Origin: the human T2T-CHM13v2.0 reference genome, Homo sapiens
Length of the DNA stretch: 64,000 bases
Assembly (NCBI RefSeq): GCF_009914755.1
Contig: NC_060943.1
Direction: 5' to 3' (one strand)
Shown: one piece after another, positions 1 through 27,475 of the stretch
Position numbering within the stretch: the first letter of the stretch is position 1
Layout of the letters: the number at the start of each line of letters is the position of its first letter
The notes under the pieces: model-generated
What the model was told of the DNA's origin: nothing
Seen by the model: the letters and a program-made list of their open reading frames with translations, nothing else
The model's database searches: none
Position numbers and translations under genes: made by a program

Positions 1-1738
1 TGGAAGTGGCCAGTTTGGTTCCGGTGCTGACCCCTAGGCCCCAGCGCAGCTGCCTCCCGTGCTGTCTGTCTCCCCCTCTCTGTTTATGTCTGCGCTGTGT
101 CTCACACTCAGAGCCTCCTTGCTTCTGTTAGGTTCCCATCTCTCCTTCTGCCTCACTCTGGGCCTCTTCTTTCTACTTGTACATTTCCACCTCTCTAGGC
201 CTCTGCTCTCACTGTCCCTCTCTGTCTGTCTCTCAGCCTTTATCTCTGGGTTTTGATCCCCCACTCCAGGCTCTGGGCCCCTTCTTCCCCCTTCCCTCAA
301 ACCTGGCTGCTATAGGCAGCAGAACCCTGACCACTGAGTAATACAGCCCCAGGGGAGGGAGGAGACCCCAGGCAGGGAGGATGGGGGCAGCTCTCTTCTC
401 TCCCCAGGACCCAGGCTGTGGATCACGGGGCCTGCCAGCTTGAGTGTAGAGGGAGGGGGGACTCTACCCTTCTCAGCCCCACCAGCCCCCCTCTGCCCAA
501 CCACAATTTTCCCTTCCTCCGCCTTCCTCTCCCTCTCCTGTTTACACTCCCCAAATGCGCACAGGCTGTTATCATGGGTCCTGAGTCATCCCACACACAG
601 CCTGCCCCAGCGTCCCTGCCCCCAGCTGGCCGCAGGGCCCGCCCCATGGAGCCCCCTGCCGCCCTGGGCTAATGGGAGCCAGATGGCCGCCTGGTGACTC
701 AGCCACCGGGCCTGTGGGAACCCAGGCGTCCCGCCTTCCCATGCCCCCACACCCGGCTCCTGCTCCCCCAGCAGACACACACAGGAGGGCCTGGCCACTG
801 TTGAGGGGGCACACAGGGCAAGGGTCACCAAGTCGGGGCCTAGGGACTCCTCATGCCTCTGAGATGGAATGGTGGTATCCTGCCGTGGCCAAGCCTGAAG
901 GACCCTCAAAACTGCCTCCTGGAGTCCACGGTTCCTGACCTCCGAGCCTCAGCTATGCCCTCTGGGTCAACCAGAATTAGAGCCAGACAGGGAAAGTGAG
1001 AGCTGGATGGAGGCAGACAAGATGCTCAGAGCGACTATTAAAGAACGAAAGCCTCTGCTACGGAGCGCTTCTGTCCTCTGTCAGGCCCGAGCGAAGTGCC
1101 TGACACCGGGTTGGATCCTCAGATGGCCCCATGAACTAGTGAAGTGGGTCAAAGGAGGCCTGGAAAGATGTTGCTTCCTCAAGGCCACTCGGCCATCAGA
1201 GGCAGAAATGAAACAGGAACCCAGGCCTAGAATCACAAAGGTCCTAGAAACCACTTGGCTGTCTGGCCTCTCAGGTGTCAGGGCCATCCAGAGTGAGACA
1301 GCATTGGAGGGACAAGTGTGCATGCAGATGTCCTCAGACGGGAAGGTTTGAGAAGGGTCAGATGGTAGGCGGGCCTAACAAGGGCTCCGTGCTAGCCACT
1401 GTCCCGCACACAGACAGGATCAGGTCATCTTGATATGGAGATCAGTCCCCAAATCACTGAATTGTCCCAGCAGTGCTATGCCCTAGGTACTACCAATATC
1501 ACTCCTCTATTTCCCAGAGGAGGAAGCAGCAGCTAGACTCCAGGACCTTGGGGTCATATCTCTCAGAAAGCCAAGAGTGCAGGATGAGAGCTGTCTGTCT
1601 CTTACCTGCCTGTATTTGTGCCCCATTTTTAAAGAGCAGAGGGCCTGGGCCACAGGAAAGGTATCAGCCCTTGGTGATAGGCACATTTTTTACCAGTCTA
1701 TCATTTGGTCATTAAATTTGTTTACAATATACTTTGCT
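1..1738 (+). other. CCDC97: 3' UTR / terminal exon of upstream gene (likely CCDC97)
   Basis: Unique non-coding sequence ending in ATTAAA (1711-1716) followed by GU/U-rich TTTGTTGTGTAGGTTTTT (~1748-1765). Gene identity comes from the known order CCDC97-TGFB1-B9D2-TMEM91-EXOSC5; no CDS is visible. Confidence 0.7.
1711..1716 (+). terminator. poly(A) signal ATTAAA with downstream GU-rich element
   Basis: ATTAAA in an AT-rich patch, with a GU/U-rich tract about 30 nt downstream. Confidence 0.7.
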
Positions 1739-3490
1739 ATACGTAAATTTGTTGTGTAGGTTTTTAAAAAGCGATGAGAGACACAGAAATTGAGTCAGAA
1801 TTAGGGTTAGTCAGATGGTCAAGACGTGAGCATCTAGCTGACAGACAGAGGTGGAGCCAGTCCCAGGGACAGGGATTAGATGGGGAGACAGGAAGAGAGG
1901 TGGAGACAGAGTGGGGTAGGGATGACGGGAGACACACCCCCTGGTCACTGCCTCTGAGACCTGGGGGTGGTGGGCCCCAGGGCGGGTGCCTCCCATCCCC
2001 CTCCCAGTTCTCCCGGGGTCGGGGTAGGTGGAAAGGCTGAGTCAGGGAGGGCGGGCCCCGCTGGGAGACAACCCCTAGGTGGGCATCCGGCCCCCACCCC
2101 CGTGTCTCCTGTCCGTCCTGGCCCTGGCCTGGCTCGCTGGCCTGGCCGCCACCCCGCCCCCCACGTCTGACACCTCCATGCGTCCTGCCAAAGCAAGCTG
2201 CCTCCCTGCACTCTTCCCCCTCCAGCTCCAGTCACTCTGTCCCTCTGTCCCCCGTCCCTTCTCCCTGCTTCTGTGCGTTTCTTTCCAGCCCTCTGCCTTC
2301 CTCCCTCACCGCCACTGCTCTGTCTTCTCGTTCTGTCTCCACACCTCTGGCTGTCGGTGTCTCCCCGTGACTTTCCGTCTCCCCTCTCTCTCCTCCCTTG
2401 TTTTTCCCATGCCTCTCCCTCCCTCCCTCCCTCCCTCTCCTCCCCACCTTTTCCACTCCGTGTCCCCAGCCATTCTCCATCTCTGTTCTCAGCTCCTGTC
2501 ACCTCGTTTCCCCATCCCTTTCTCTGCTGGAGTCTCCCTCTGGGGGGCTCTGTCCTCTCCTCACTTTGCCCTTTCCCTCTCGCTGCTGTGTGTCTTGGCC
2601 CGCCCCCCGTGCCCCCCATCTCCTCTGTCTCCCACACTCTGGGAAGCCCGGCTGGGATATCCAGGTTGGAGCCTCACTGGCGGCCACTGGAAACCCAGAA
2701 TGAGGGGTCATCGCCTCTCGCCCACCCAGAAAGGGCGCAGGAGGGGGCAGCAAGGTTGCGGGGCCTGTCTGGCCAGAAGGAAATGTCTGTGCTGTGGCCT
2801 GGTCACCCCCGCCCCCAGGACCTGCTGGGCTGCTGCCGCCCCCGGCCGGGGCTGAGGCCGAGTAAACACAGCAAACACAGCCGCCGGCAGCCTGGGATAT
2901 TTATACCGAGGCTGGGCGTGGGTCCAGTGCCCACCACAGCCCCTGCCCTGCCCTGCCTTGCCTGCTGCCACAGCCAGCTCCGAGCCAGCGTGGCACCAGC
3001 CGGCAAGGGGACGCGCCGCAGACACAGCCTGCGCTGGGTATGGAGGCCAACAGGCACTGGCCGCTCATGATGCAGGCGGCTCCATGGACGCACCCTGTCC
3101 CCCTCCCCTGAAAACACCAGCACACAATGTGGACCCACACTCGCAGCTGCTCACAAACACACATCCACCCCTGCTGAGAACGCGAAATCCCCTCAACGAT
3201 GATGCAAAACAGACCCACACAACTCCACACACTGCAGTCACCAGCCTACATGTGGGAACACAGCATGCAGACACCACCTTAGCACCTGCTCACAGCACCC
3301 ACAGGCTGGGAACACCAGTCCCTGAGATGGACACACAGCCCCGAAGTACAGCCCTCCCTCACACAGACAAACACTGAGAACCACAGGAAGCATGCTGGAT
3401 GCACACCACGTAGACAAACATGCTCAGAATACCAGCGACACATGCACTGATCACAGTGCAACCCAGAAACAACTCAACTCATCTGCCTCA

Positions 3491-3876
<386 letters not shown>

Positions 3877-6166
3877 TCAAACTTACACTTAAAAATGCAC
3901 AAATTTACACTCAGAAGAACAGTGAAGATGTTGAGAAAAATATCAGACACACAATATGCCCCAGATACATGGCCGACTTGCAGAATCAAACAGTGCCAGA
4001 GCATAAAACCCACAGAAAATACAACAGCTTGCCCAGCAGAAATACAAAATGCAGACGCACACCCCAGAAATGCAGCGCAGCCACAAACACACGGAGCTAA
4101 CACGTGCTGGGGACACACATAGACAAGACCATCCATACCAAACAGCACACAGGCCCCCAGAACACCCATGCCAGACGCAGCTCACGCCACAAAGCTTGGA
4201 ATCACGCACACAATAAGTTCCTGAACACACAAATCCGAATCCACACTGGAACCTCAAATACTCTGCATGTCCAGAGACTAAGGGGGAAGGGGCTTTCTCT
4301 CACCCACCAATCTCCCCACTCCCCCTTGCTGACCCGGGTCCCAGGCCCGTCTTGGGGGCGGGGGAGGGGGCAGGAAGGCCTGAGCTGGCCTCCCCCAGCA
4401 GCTTCCTGCCCCACGGGGGCTGGACAGGAAGCTGGGGCTCCAGCCGGAACCCAGGCTCCCCCCACGACTTCCCTCTGTGGCCCCGGGCCGCCTGCAGAGG
4501 CAGGGGCGGGGCAGGGGGAGGAAGCGGGGAGCCCCAAACCCCCTGCCCTGCCCCTGCGGTCGGCCACAGGCGGGGGCAGACTTGTCCCGACGGGGCTGAG
4601 CCACCCATCGGGCCTGGGTGCCAGGGTGGCAGGGCAGGGGCAGTGCGCACGCGGCCAGAGGAAGGTGCTGAGCCCACAGTTTCCCCTCCCCGCCCTGTGG
4701 GGCTGTGCCAGCTCAGCCGGCAGCCCTGGGCAGGTGGGCGGGGTGTGTCATGAGGGCGTGTTGGGCAGGCCGACCACACCGCGAATGTGCAGCCAGCACT
4801 TGTCCTCAGGCCGAGGCACGAGCTGGGGCTGGGCATGTGAGGGCCGCGTCTGCCACCCTGGGGGTGTGTCTGCTCCGTCTGGGACCCTGGGTGTGACAGT
4901 GTGTCTGGGCGTGACGTGACGGGGTCGCTGCAATCTGTGGGGCCCTGTGGGACTCCCCAGGCTGGAATTGTGCGTGTGTGGCGGAGGGTGTGGGATGTCA
5001 GACTGAGTGGGTAAGACCGACCTGCTGTCTGTGAGGTTGTGACGTGTCAGACCTCTGTGTGGGGTGTGTCTGGTGGGACTGTGACAGGTCCGACTGTGGA
5101 CATGCACCCTGGACCTGTTTGTGACTGTGAACCCATGGAGGAGGAGGTGGCTGTTGAGGGATCCATTTCCTGTCCGGGCTCTGATGCCGTGATGCGTGTG
5201 CGTGCATGACACTGTTTGAATCAGTGTCTGGTGTGCGGTGGTTGCGACCATGACCCTGTGGAATATATTTGTATATGACTGTGTTGTGCCAGGTCCCTAT
5301 TGAAGTCTCTGCTCGTGTTGTGTCCCAGTGAGGCTCCGAGGCTGGGTGGTGTTTACGTGATGGGCTGACACTTTCTCTATTTGTATCTGTGTATATGTGG
5401 GCTGCAGCTGCTGCCAAATGACACAGCCCATGTGTTACGGGCCCTGCAGGAATCTCTGTGTGTCCACGGCGGCTCTGAGAGGTGAATATTTGTGTAGTGT
5501 GGGGCACCGTCCGTGTTTCCCGCCGTGTGAGTGTGTCTGCATGTGTACACGCACCACATCCTCATAGGGCTGCAGCGATTACAGCCGAGTCACTGTGTCC
5601 TAGCTTGTGACTCTGCCTCTTGGGGCCAGACCTCAGCATCTCTATACCTATCCATTTGTTGGCATGTCCTTGCATAGTGAACTCCTGCCTCCCCACTCCT
5701 CCCTCAGCCCTGTGTGCTTTGGGACCTGAGGCCAGAGGAGTAACCACATTTCTACCCCTATGCTGAGCTGGGAGGGCCCCAGGTCCCTGGCACCCAGACC
5801 CAGTGCTGCCAACAGCTCTCATGCCCACAGGCAAAGGAACCGCAGCACTCATACTGTCCTTCCTCCCAGGACAATCACTGGGTGTGGGGAAGTGAAACCT
5901 AGGAGAAAGAGCAGAAACTGAGAGGCAGGAGAAAGAGGAAGCAGGAGAGAATTCACAAGCAGGACCATAGCAGATGGGAAGAAATGGAGACAGCAGAGGG
6001 AGACCCACCTGTGGCTGCTGCCATTTCTTGCCTGGACAGCTGGTCTGTCTGTGCTCACCCTCACCCTGACACTTCTGTCCACTCCCAACCATGAGCAAGA
6101 CGGCGGACCCTCTGAGCGCCTAGGTCAAACCCTGCCATGGCTCCTGTCTTCCTTGAGTGCAAGTTC

Positions 6167-7392
<1,226 letters not shown>

Positions 7393-7405
7393 TGAACTAC
7401 TATCT

Positions 7406-7411
7406 TTTATT
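7406..7411 (-). terminator. TGFB1: TGFB1 distal poly(A) signal AATAAA
   Basis: Plus-strand TTTATT about 500 nt past the stop, immediately before an Alu. Confidence 0.65.
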
Positions 7412-7459
7412 GTCTTCTTCACTATCCCCCACTAAAGCAGGTTCCTGGTGGGCAGGAAC

Positions 7460-7605
7460 TCCTCCCTTAACCTCTCTGGGCTTGTTTCCTCACCTTTAAA
7501 ATGGGTGTTATCAGAGTCCCTGCATCTCAGAGTGTTGCTATGGTGACTGAATGAGTTCATTAATGTAAGGCACTTCAACAGTGCCCAAGGTGCTCAATAA
7601 ATAGA
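7460..7605 (+). mobile_element. MIR fragment in the TGFB1 extended 3' UTR
   Basis: CTTAACCTCTCTGGGCTTGTTTCCTCACCTTTAAAATGGG...TGTAAGGCACTT...GTGCTCAATAAAT matches the MIR core and 3' end. Confidence 0.75.
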
Positions 7606-7784
7606 TCTAACTACAGTAGTGTTCCCCACTGGTCCCCTGTGCCTTGATGCCGGGCAAAGGAATAGTGCAGACAGGCAGGAGGAGGCAGAGAGGGAGAGAG
7701 AGGGAGTGGGAGTGGGGGAACGTCAGGGATGGAGACCCCAGGCAGGCGCCCAATGACACAGAGATCCGCAGTCCTCTCTCCATC

Positions 7785-7790
7785 TTTAAT
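7785..7790 (-). terminator. TGFB1: TGFB1 proximal poly(A) signal ATTAAA
   Basis: Plus-strand TTTAAT about 120 nt past the stop codon. Confidence 0.7.
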
Positions 7791-7849
7791 GGGGCCCCAG
7801 GTGGGCTTGGGGCACGGGTGTCCTTAAATACAGCCCCCATGGGCAAGGC

Positions 7850-7907
7850 AGCGGGGGCGGGGCGGGGTGGGGCCGGGCCTGCCGGGGCGGGGCGGGGCGG
7901 GGCGGGA
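7850..7907 (+). repeat. (GGGGC)n tandem array / G-quadruplex-forming tract in the TGFB1 3' UTR
   Basis: GGGGGCGGGGCGGGGTGGGGCCGGG...GGGGCGGGGCGGGGCGGGGCGGG directly after the stop codon. Confidence 0.85.
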
Positions 7908-7909
7908 CC

Positions 7910-8236
<327 letters not shown>

Positions 8237-8267
8237 TTATTCTGTCTCTCCCCACCTGTCTGATTTT

Positions 8268-8419
8268 CTTTTTGTTTTGAGACTGGGTCTCGCTCTGCCA
8301 CCCAGGCTGGAGTATAGTGGCACGATCATGGCTCGCTGCAGCCTCAACCTCCTGAGCGCAAGCCATCCTCCCGCCTCAGCCTCCGGAGTAGCTCCAACCA
8401 CAGGCAAGCGCCACCACTC

Positions 8420-8451
<32 letters not shown>

Positions 8452-8570
8452 GGTAGAGATGGGATCTCAGTCTGCTGCCTGGGCTACTCTCGAACTCCTG
8501 GGCTCAAGCGATCCTCCTGCTTCAGCGTCCCAAAGTGTTGGTATTACCATCGTGAGCCGCCGCGCCCGCC
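8268..8570 (-). mobile_element. AluJ-like element in TGFB1 intron 6
   Basis: Diverged antisense Alu. Confidence 0.9.
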
Positions 8571-8910
8571 TGATTTTCTTTCTCAGTCTCTGTCCCTCCT
8601 CATCTTCGCCTCTTGCCTTGTTGTGTATCTGTCTTTGTCTCTCCTTGGCCTAACTCTGTGTCTGTATCTGTCTCTCTCATTTTGTCTCTCCATTTCTGCG
8701 TTTTTCCTTCCATCTCCCTGTCTCTCTTCTCCCCTTCACCCCCATCCCTCTGTTACTTCACTCTGTGGGTCTTCATAGCTCATCTCCCTCTGGCCCCTGC
8801 TCAGAGCCCCTCTCTAGCTTCCTGCCTCTCTCCCCATCTCTTTATTCATTCCCCTCCCCACCCCATCCCTCTCTTTCTCCCCATCCTGCCAACTCACCTC
8901 TCTGACTTTA

Positions 8911-9159
<249 letters not shown>

Positions 9160-9822
9160 TCAGGGGCAGGGAGGGGCTACCACCATAGAAGCCACATGCC
9201 CCTCCTCCCCAGGTGCGTGTGTCACCCTAGGTTGCCCCCCCAGCCCTATCTCCATCTGGGTCTCCCTTGCACCCACTGTGTTAATAACAACACAAATAGT
9301 CATGATAATCACTAACACAGATTAAGCACTTCCTCCAGTGCTAAGAGCAATGTAATAATTAATTTCACGCAATGCTTAAGACAAGCCTGTAAGAAGCCAG
9401 ATGACCATCCACGGGGGGGCTAAATAAATCATGGCATGCCACACCCTGGAACATACAAAATAACACAGCTCCATGTAAACTGATCTGCTCTATTTGTGCA
9501 ACAAATGTTTATTGAACTACTACTGTGTGCTGGGCTGGGATCTACTGTGGACTGAGGACAAATGAAACAGATAGAAATAGGCTAGGCATGGTGGCTCACA
9601 CCTTTAATCCCAGCACTTTGGGAGGATGAAGTGGGAGGATCGCTGGAGTCGAGGAGTTCGAGGTTGCAGTGAACTATGATAACACCACTGCATGCCAGCC
9701 TGGACAACAAAGTGCAAGACCCTGTCTCTACAAAATTTTTTTTCAATTTTTTTAAAAAAGAGACAGAAATCTCTGCCCTCCATGGGCATGCTATAAATTG
9801 TCTTGTCACTCCTCTGCTCTGA

Positions 9823-10307
<485 letters not shown>

Positions 10308-10880
10308 TGATCCGCCCACCTCAGCCTCCCAAAGTGCTGGTATTACAGACCTGAGCCACTGCATCTGGCCTATTTATTCTTTTTAATTTGTTATTCTTTT
10401 TAGAGACACGGTCTCACTATGTTGCTGAGGCTGGTGTCGAACTTGGGCTCAAACGATCCGCACGCCTCGGCCTCCCAAAGCATTGGGATTACTGGCATGA
10501 GCCACCACACCTGGCCCCTTCACTTCATTTAAACCTTAGCTCAAATGTCCTTCACTCAGGGACCCTTAACTCCTAAAGCAGTGTCTGGAATGCAGTAGGT
10601 ACTAGTAAATATCAGTTACATGACTGAACATCACCTCCTCAGAGATACCTTTCTGAGCCATCCTTTCCAAAATATCCAAGTGACTGTTAGTTCCATTTAG
10701 TGCAATACGGTATTGCAGTTATGCAAGAAAATATAAAAATGTCTGCATTTGAAATGGGGCAAAATCTTAATTACCGATGACGCTGGATGAGAGTTTACGG
10801 GCATTCATTATCTTCATTGCTTTTGTATACATTTGAAATTTTCCATAATAAAGGAATTTAAATCAGAATAGGAAAAATAA

Positions 10881-11123
<243 letters not shown>

Positions 11124-11880
11124 TCAGGAGGCTGAGGCACAAGAATCTGCTTGAACCCAAGAAGCAGAGGTTGCAGTGAGCCAAGATCGTGCCACTGCAC
11201 TCCACCCAGGGCAACAGGGTGAGACTCTGTCTTGAAAAGAAAAGAAAAAAGAAAGAAAAGAAAAGAAAAAGTTGACAATGCCTTTTTTTTTTTTTTTTTT
11301 TTTTGAGACAGAGTCTTGCTCCGTCACCCAGGCTGGAGTGCAGTGGTGCAATCTTGGCTCACTGCAACCTCTGCTCATAGATTGGTGGGGCCAGCCAGGC
11401 ACGGTGGCTCACGCCTGTCATCCCGGCACTTTGGGAGGCTAGGGCAGGCAGACTTGAGGACCCTGTCTTTACTAAAAATTCAAAAATTAGCTGGACCTGG
11501 TGGCGGGCACCTGTAATCCCAGCTACTGGGGAGTCTGAGGCAGGAGAATCGCTTGAACCCAACTTCAAGTGGCACCGGATAACCTAGAGGCAAGATAAAG
11601 CCTTTCCAAGAGCCACAGAAGCCTGAGAAGGAAGTCAAGAAACTGAGATCCCTGTGAACTCAGCCCGTACCACCCAATTTGGTTGGACCTCAGTTTCCTC
11701 ATCTGTTCAGAGGTAGGAGCTACTAGATAAAATAAGGTGTTAAGCTGAGGGCCAAGGGGCCATCATGGGCAGGCTTAGGGAGGGCCATGAGTGCCTGAGA
11801 TCATATGCACATGTGTGTATGTATGCATGTATTTCTGGGAAAAAGAGTCCTGGCTTTCACTTTCTCACAGGAAGTTCTGA

Positions 11881-12460
<580 letters not shown>

Positions 12461-12815
12461 CTCATTTTTTCAGCACACATTCGGGGCCTACCCTGCACCG
12501 GGCCTTGGGATACCCACAGCCCTTGCCCTTGCCAAGCCTCTTCCGTCCAGTCTCTCAAGACCTAGGCCAGGTGCAGTGACTCACGCCTGTAATCTCAGCA
12601 CTTTGGGAAGCCAAGACCGGTGAATCGCTTGAGCCCAAGGAGTTTAAGACCAGCCTGGGGAGCATAGTGAGACCCTGTCGCTACAAAACTTTTTATAAAT
12701 AAAAGACCCAACAGAGACTGTTTGTTGAGTCAAAGATCTACTTAGGGCCCCAGGGGAGGCCCAGAGGCCTCACATCCATCTTGGATGTTGGAGAAAGGGG
12801 TTAGGAAGGAGGTAG

Positions 12816-13193
<378 letters not shown>

Positions 13194-13375
13194 TGACCAA
13201 CTCATGGCCAATTTCCATTGCATCTCTACCCCTATCCACTATCTCTTTTTTTTTTTTTTTTGAGACAGGATCTCACTCTGTCACCCAGGCTGGAGTGCAG
13301 TGGTGCAATCACAGCTCACTGTGGCCTCCAGCTCCTGGGGCTCAAGCCAACCTCCCACCTCAGCCTCCTGAGTAG

Positions 13376-13657
<282 letters not shown>

Positions 13658-13871
13658 TAAGAAAATTAACAATTCCTTGATATCTAGAGGAATATCTAGA
13701 CAGAGTTCACATTTACCCAACTGTCTCATAAATATCTTTTTTTTTTAAGCATGTGTAAATAAGGATTCAAGTAAGGTCTACACATTGCAATTGGTTGATA
13801 TGTCTCTTAGGATTTTTTTTTTTTTTTAATTTTTGAGATGGAGTCTCACTCTGTCACCCAGGATGCAGTGA

Positions 13872-14178
<307 letters not shown>

Positions 14179-14512
14179 TAGTAGAGAGGAGGTTTCACCA
14201 CGTTGGCCAGACTGGTCTCGAACTCCTGACCTCAGGTGGTCCACCCACCTTGGCCTCCCAAAGTGCTGGGATTACAGGTGTGAGCCACGACAGCTGGCCT
14301 GATTTTTGTATTTTTAGTACAGACAGGGTTTCACCATGTTGGCCAGGCTGGTCTCCAACTCCTGACCTCAAGTGATCCACCTGCCTCAGCCTCCCAAAGT
14401 GCTGGGATTACGGGTGTGAGCTACCATACCTGGCCTCTCTTAGGACTTTTTTCAAAATCTACAAAATCATCTCTCTCTCTCTCTGTATATATATTCAGGG
14501 TCAACTATATAT

Positions 14513-15825
<1,313 letters not shown>

Positions 15826-16576
15826 TACGTGTGTGTGTGTGTGTGCTTTCCCCTTCTTTGCATTGTATTTGATGAAGAAACTGGGTGAGGTTTCTTGCAG
15901 TCTGAGTTTTGCTGACCATTTCCTCTGTTCCTGTCTTTCTAGAAAACTGTTAGGATCTACAGTCCTGATCAGATTCAGGTTTGATTTTTTTTTTTTTTTC
16001 CTGAGACAAGGTCCTGCTCTGTCCTGAAATGCAGTGGCGTGATCCTGGCTGACTGCAGCCACAACCTCCTAGGCTCAAGCACTCCTGCCTCAGCCTCCCA
16101 AGTAGCTGGGACTACAGGCACACACCACCCAGCCAGCTAGTTTTTTTGTATTTCTTGTACAGAGGCAGGGTTTTAACATGTTGCACAAGCTGGTCTTGAA
16201 CTCCTAAGCTCAAGCGATCTGCCTGCCTTGGCCTCCCAAAGTGCTGGGATTACAGGCATGAGCCACCGCACCTGGCCTTCAGGTTTGATTTTTTGCCAAG
16301 ACTTCCTAGGCAACATTGGGTCCCTCCCTACGGAGGCTGACATGGCTGGCTATCTCCCTTTGTAATGTCAGGAGCTGTTGGCACTCAAGACCTCAATTTG
16401 TGGCCGGGCGCAGTGGTTCATGCCTGTAATCCCAGCACTTTGGGAGGCCGAGGCGGGTGGATCACGAGGTCAGGAGTTCGAGACCAGCCTGACCAACATG
16501 GTGAAACCCAGTGTCTACTAAAAAAACCAAAAATTAGCCGGGTGTGGTGGCACACGCCTGTAATCCCAGCTACTCA

Positions 16577-16852
<276 letters not shown>

Positions 16853-18162
16853 TCACTCTAAATTTACAACATTCTAACTCTCCATTTCAACTTTCTAGGA
16901 ATCCAACATTTCAGCTTTCTTAGATTGCAGTATTAGCATTCCAGCATCTTATGATTCTAACATTCTGACAGCATCTTCAACTCTCTAGGATTCCCCCTTT
17001 CCAACCTTTGAGGATCTTGGCATTCCTGAATTCCAGTATGCCAGTATTGCATCCCAACATTCCAAAGTTCTGAGCCATCACTCAAGAGGTTCAAACTGAC
17101 ACTTTCTTTCTTTTTTTTTTTTTTTTTTTTTTTTAGATGGAGTCTCGCATCATTGCCCAGGCCGGAGTGCAGTGGCGCGATCTCGGTTCACTGCAACCTC
17201 CACCCCCGAGGTTCCAGTGATTCTCCTGCCCCAGCCTGGGTACCTGGATAGCCGTAATCCCAGCCGAGTAGCTGGGATTACAGGTGCCAGCCACCACACC
17301 TGGCTAATTTTTGTATTTTTAATAGAGATGGGGTTTCACCATGTTGGCCAGGCTGGTCTTGAACTCCAGACCTCAGGGATCCGCCCACCTCAGCCTCCCA
17401 AAGTGCTGGAATTATAGGCGTGAGCCACCGCGCCCAGCCTGCTGCCACTTTCTATTAATAAAATCCCAGCATTCTAATATTCTAACATTCCAACACTGAG
17501 TTCCAACATGCTGAGATACCAATATTCTGCTTTCTCCAACTCCAACATTTGTGGATGTGAATATTTCAAAACAGAATTCTACCACTGTGAGCCCAATATT
17601 CAAGGACTCCAATCTGCCAACACTGGTATCCACAATTGGCCAGTGGTGCAGGAATTCCACATGGGCCATCTTCCCATTTTGAATCCCCAAATTCTAGGAT
17701 TCCAATGTTTCAGCTTTCCTTGAGTCCGACATTTTCCATTTCAGTAATTAACACCAAATTCTAGCATTCTAGAATCCCAGCATTCTAGAACCTCAACCTG
17801 CCAACAATTTAGGGATTCAAGATGGTGACCTTCCAACTTTGAATTCCAACAATCACAGGGTTCAACTTTCTAACATTCTGTGATTCCAACACTCCAGCAA
17901 GAAAGCAAGGCTGGGCGTGGTGGCTCACACCTGTAATCCCAGCACTTCGGGAGGCTGAGGCAGGCGGATCACGAGGTCAGGAGATCAAGACCATCCTGGC
18001 TAACATGGTGAAACCCAGTCTCTACTAAAGATACAAAAAATTAGGCCGGGCGCGTTGGCTCACGCCTGTAATCCCAGCACTTTGGGAGGCTGAGGTGGGT
18101 GTATCACGAGGTCAGGAGATGGAGACCATCCTGGCTAACACAGTGAAACCCCATCTCTACTA

Positions 18163-18432
<270 letters not shown>

Positions 18433-18508
18433 CTAATTTTTGGATTTTTAGTAGAGACGGGTTTCACCATGTTGGCCAGACAGGTCTCAAACTCCTCACT
18501 TCAGGTGA

Positions 18509-18604
<96 letters not shown>

Positions 18605-18740
18605 TGAGCCCTCCAAGCTAAAGGAGACAGATGCTCAGCCCAAGCACAGCAGCAGCCAGGTGTCCAACCTGGAGCACCTGGTCAGCAGATGGCAGTCATG
18701 CCCCCAGCCTGGAAGGCCTCCATCCAGGCTACAAGGCTCA

Positions 18741-21140
<2,400 letters not shown>

Positions 21141-21499
21141 CCCAGAATACTCTTACACCTCTCCTTTTCCTGACCATTCTACTCATCCCTTCAACATCAG
21201 CTATGGTGCCCCTCCTCCAGGAAGCCCTCCCTGATTCTGGGCTGGGTCAGGTACCTCCTTTGGGCTCCCCATCCCAGTCCCACCCACTCTGGGTCATCAC
21301 TGCCTTACAGGTCTGTTCCCCAGCTACCTAGCCAATGGACTATATGAGCTCTGTGAGGGCAAGGATGGGGCTGTTTTGGTCATTGCTGTGTCCTTGGCAT
21401 CACCCATCACAGGGCAGGGCAGAGAGGTGCTCAGGAAACAGATTAGCCAATCACTCAGGTTTCCATGCCACAGAGGGGAGCCAGGTCTCAGCACTTTCA

Positions 21500-21721
<222 letters not shown>

Positions 21722-22049
21722 CTAGAGGATGATGAAGGCAGGAGAGAGACAGTGGGTAGATGGTGTCACGACCCCACATACACTAACTGAATCCTTCACC
21801 CCATCTGCTTCCCCAAACAGGCTTCCAGAAAGTTCCCAGGCACTACCCTCTCAGACAGCCACCTGTGTGGTCCTGTGGCACCCATCCTCCCCAACAGTAC
21901 CCATGAGAGGAGGGGTGGAGAAAAAGCTCAGGCTGCGGTCAAGTCACCTTCACACAGCTCAGCCGAAGGTGTTTTCTTGCCTTCTCGAGGCCTGTTTCCT
22001 CATTGGTGAAATGCTAAGCCCCACTCAGCGTGGACAGCCCACAATGCTA

Positions 22050-25031
<2,982 letters not shown>

Positions 25032-25141
25032 CTATCCTTCAGGGACCATCTAGGTGGACCTTGTAACCAGCCGACCCACAGCCACCCCCTTGGTCACAGC
25101 TCACCCTCTCCAGCCCATGCCCTGACCTTCCTTCTGGCTCA

Positions 25142-27475
<2,334 letters not shown>

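Noticed and set aside
2079-2855. 258-aa ORF with a signal-peptide-like start (PPPPCLLSVLALAWLAGLAAT)
   Set aside because: Starts at GTG, has no convincing donor after the hydrophobic segment, and runs into CT low-complexity DNA that yields Leu/Ser/Pro-rich open frames in several phases.
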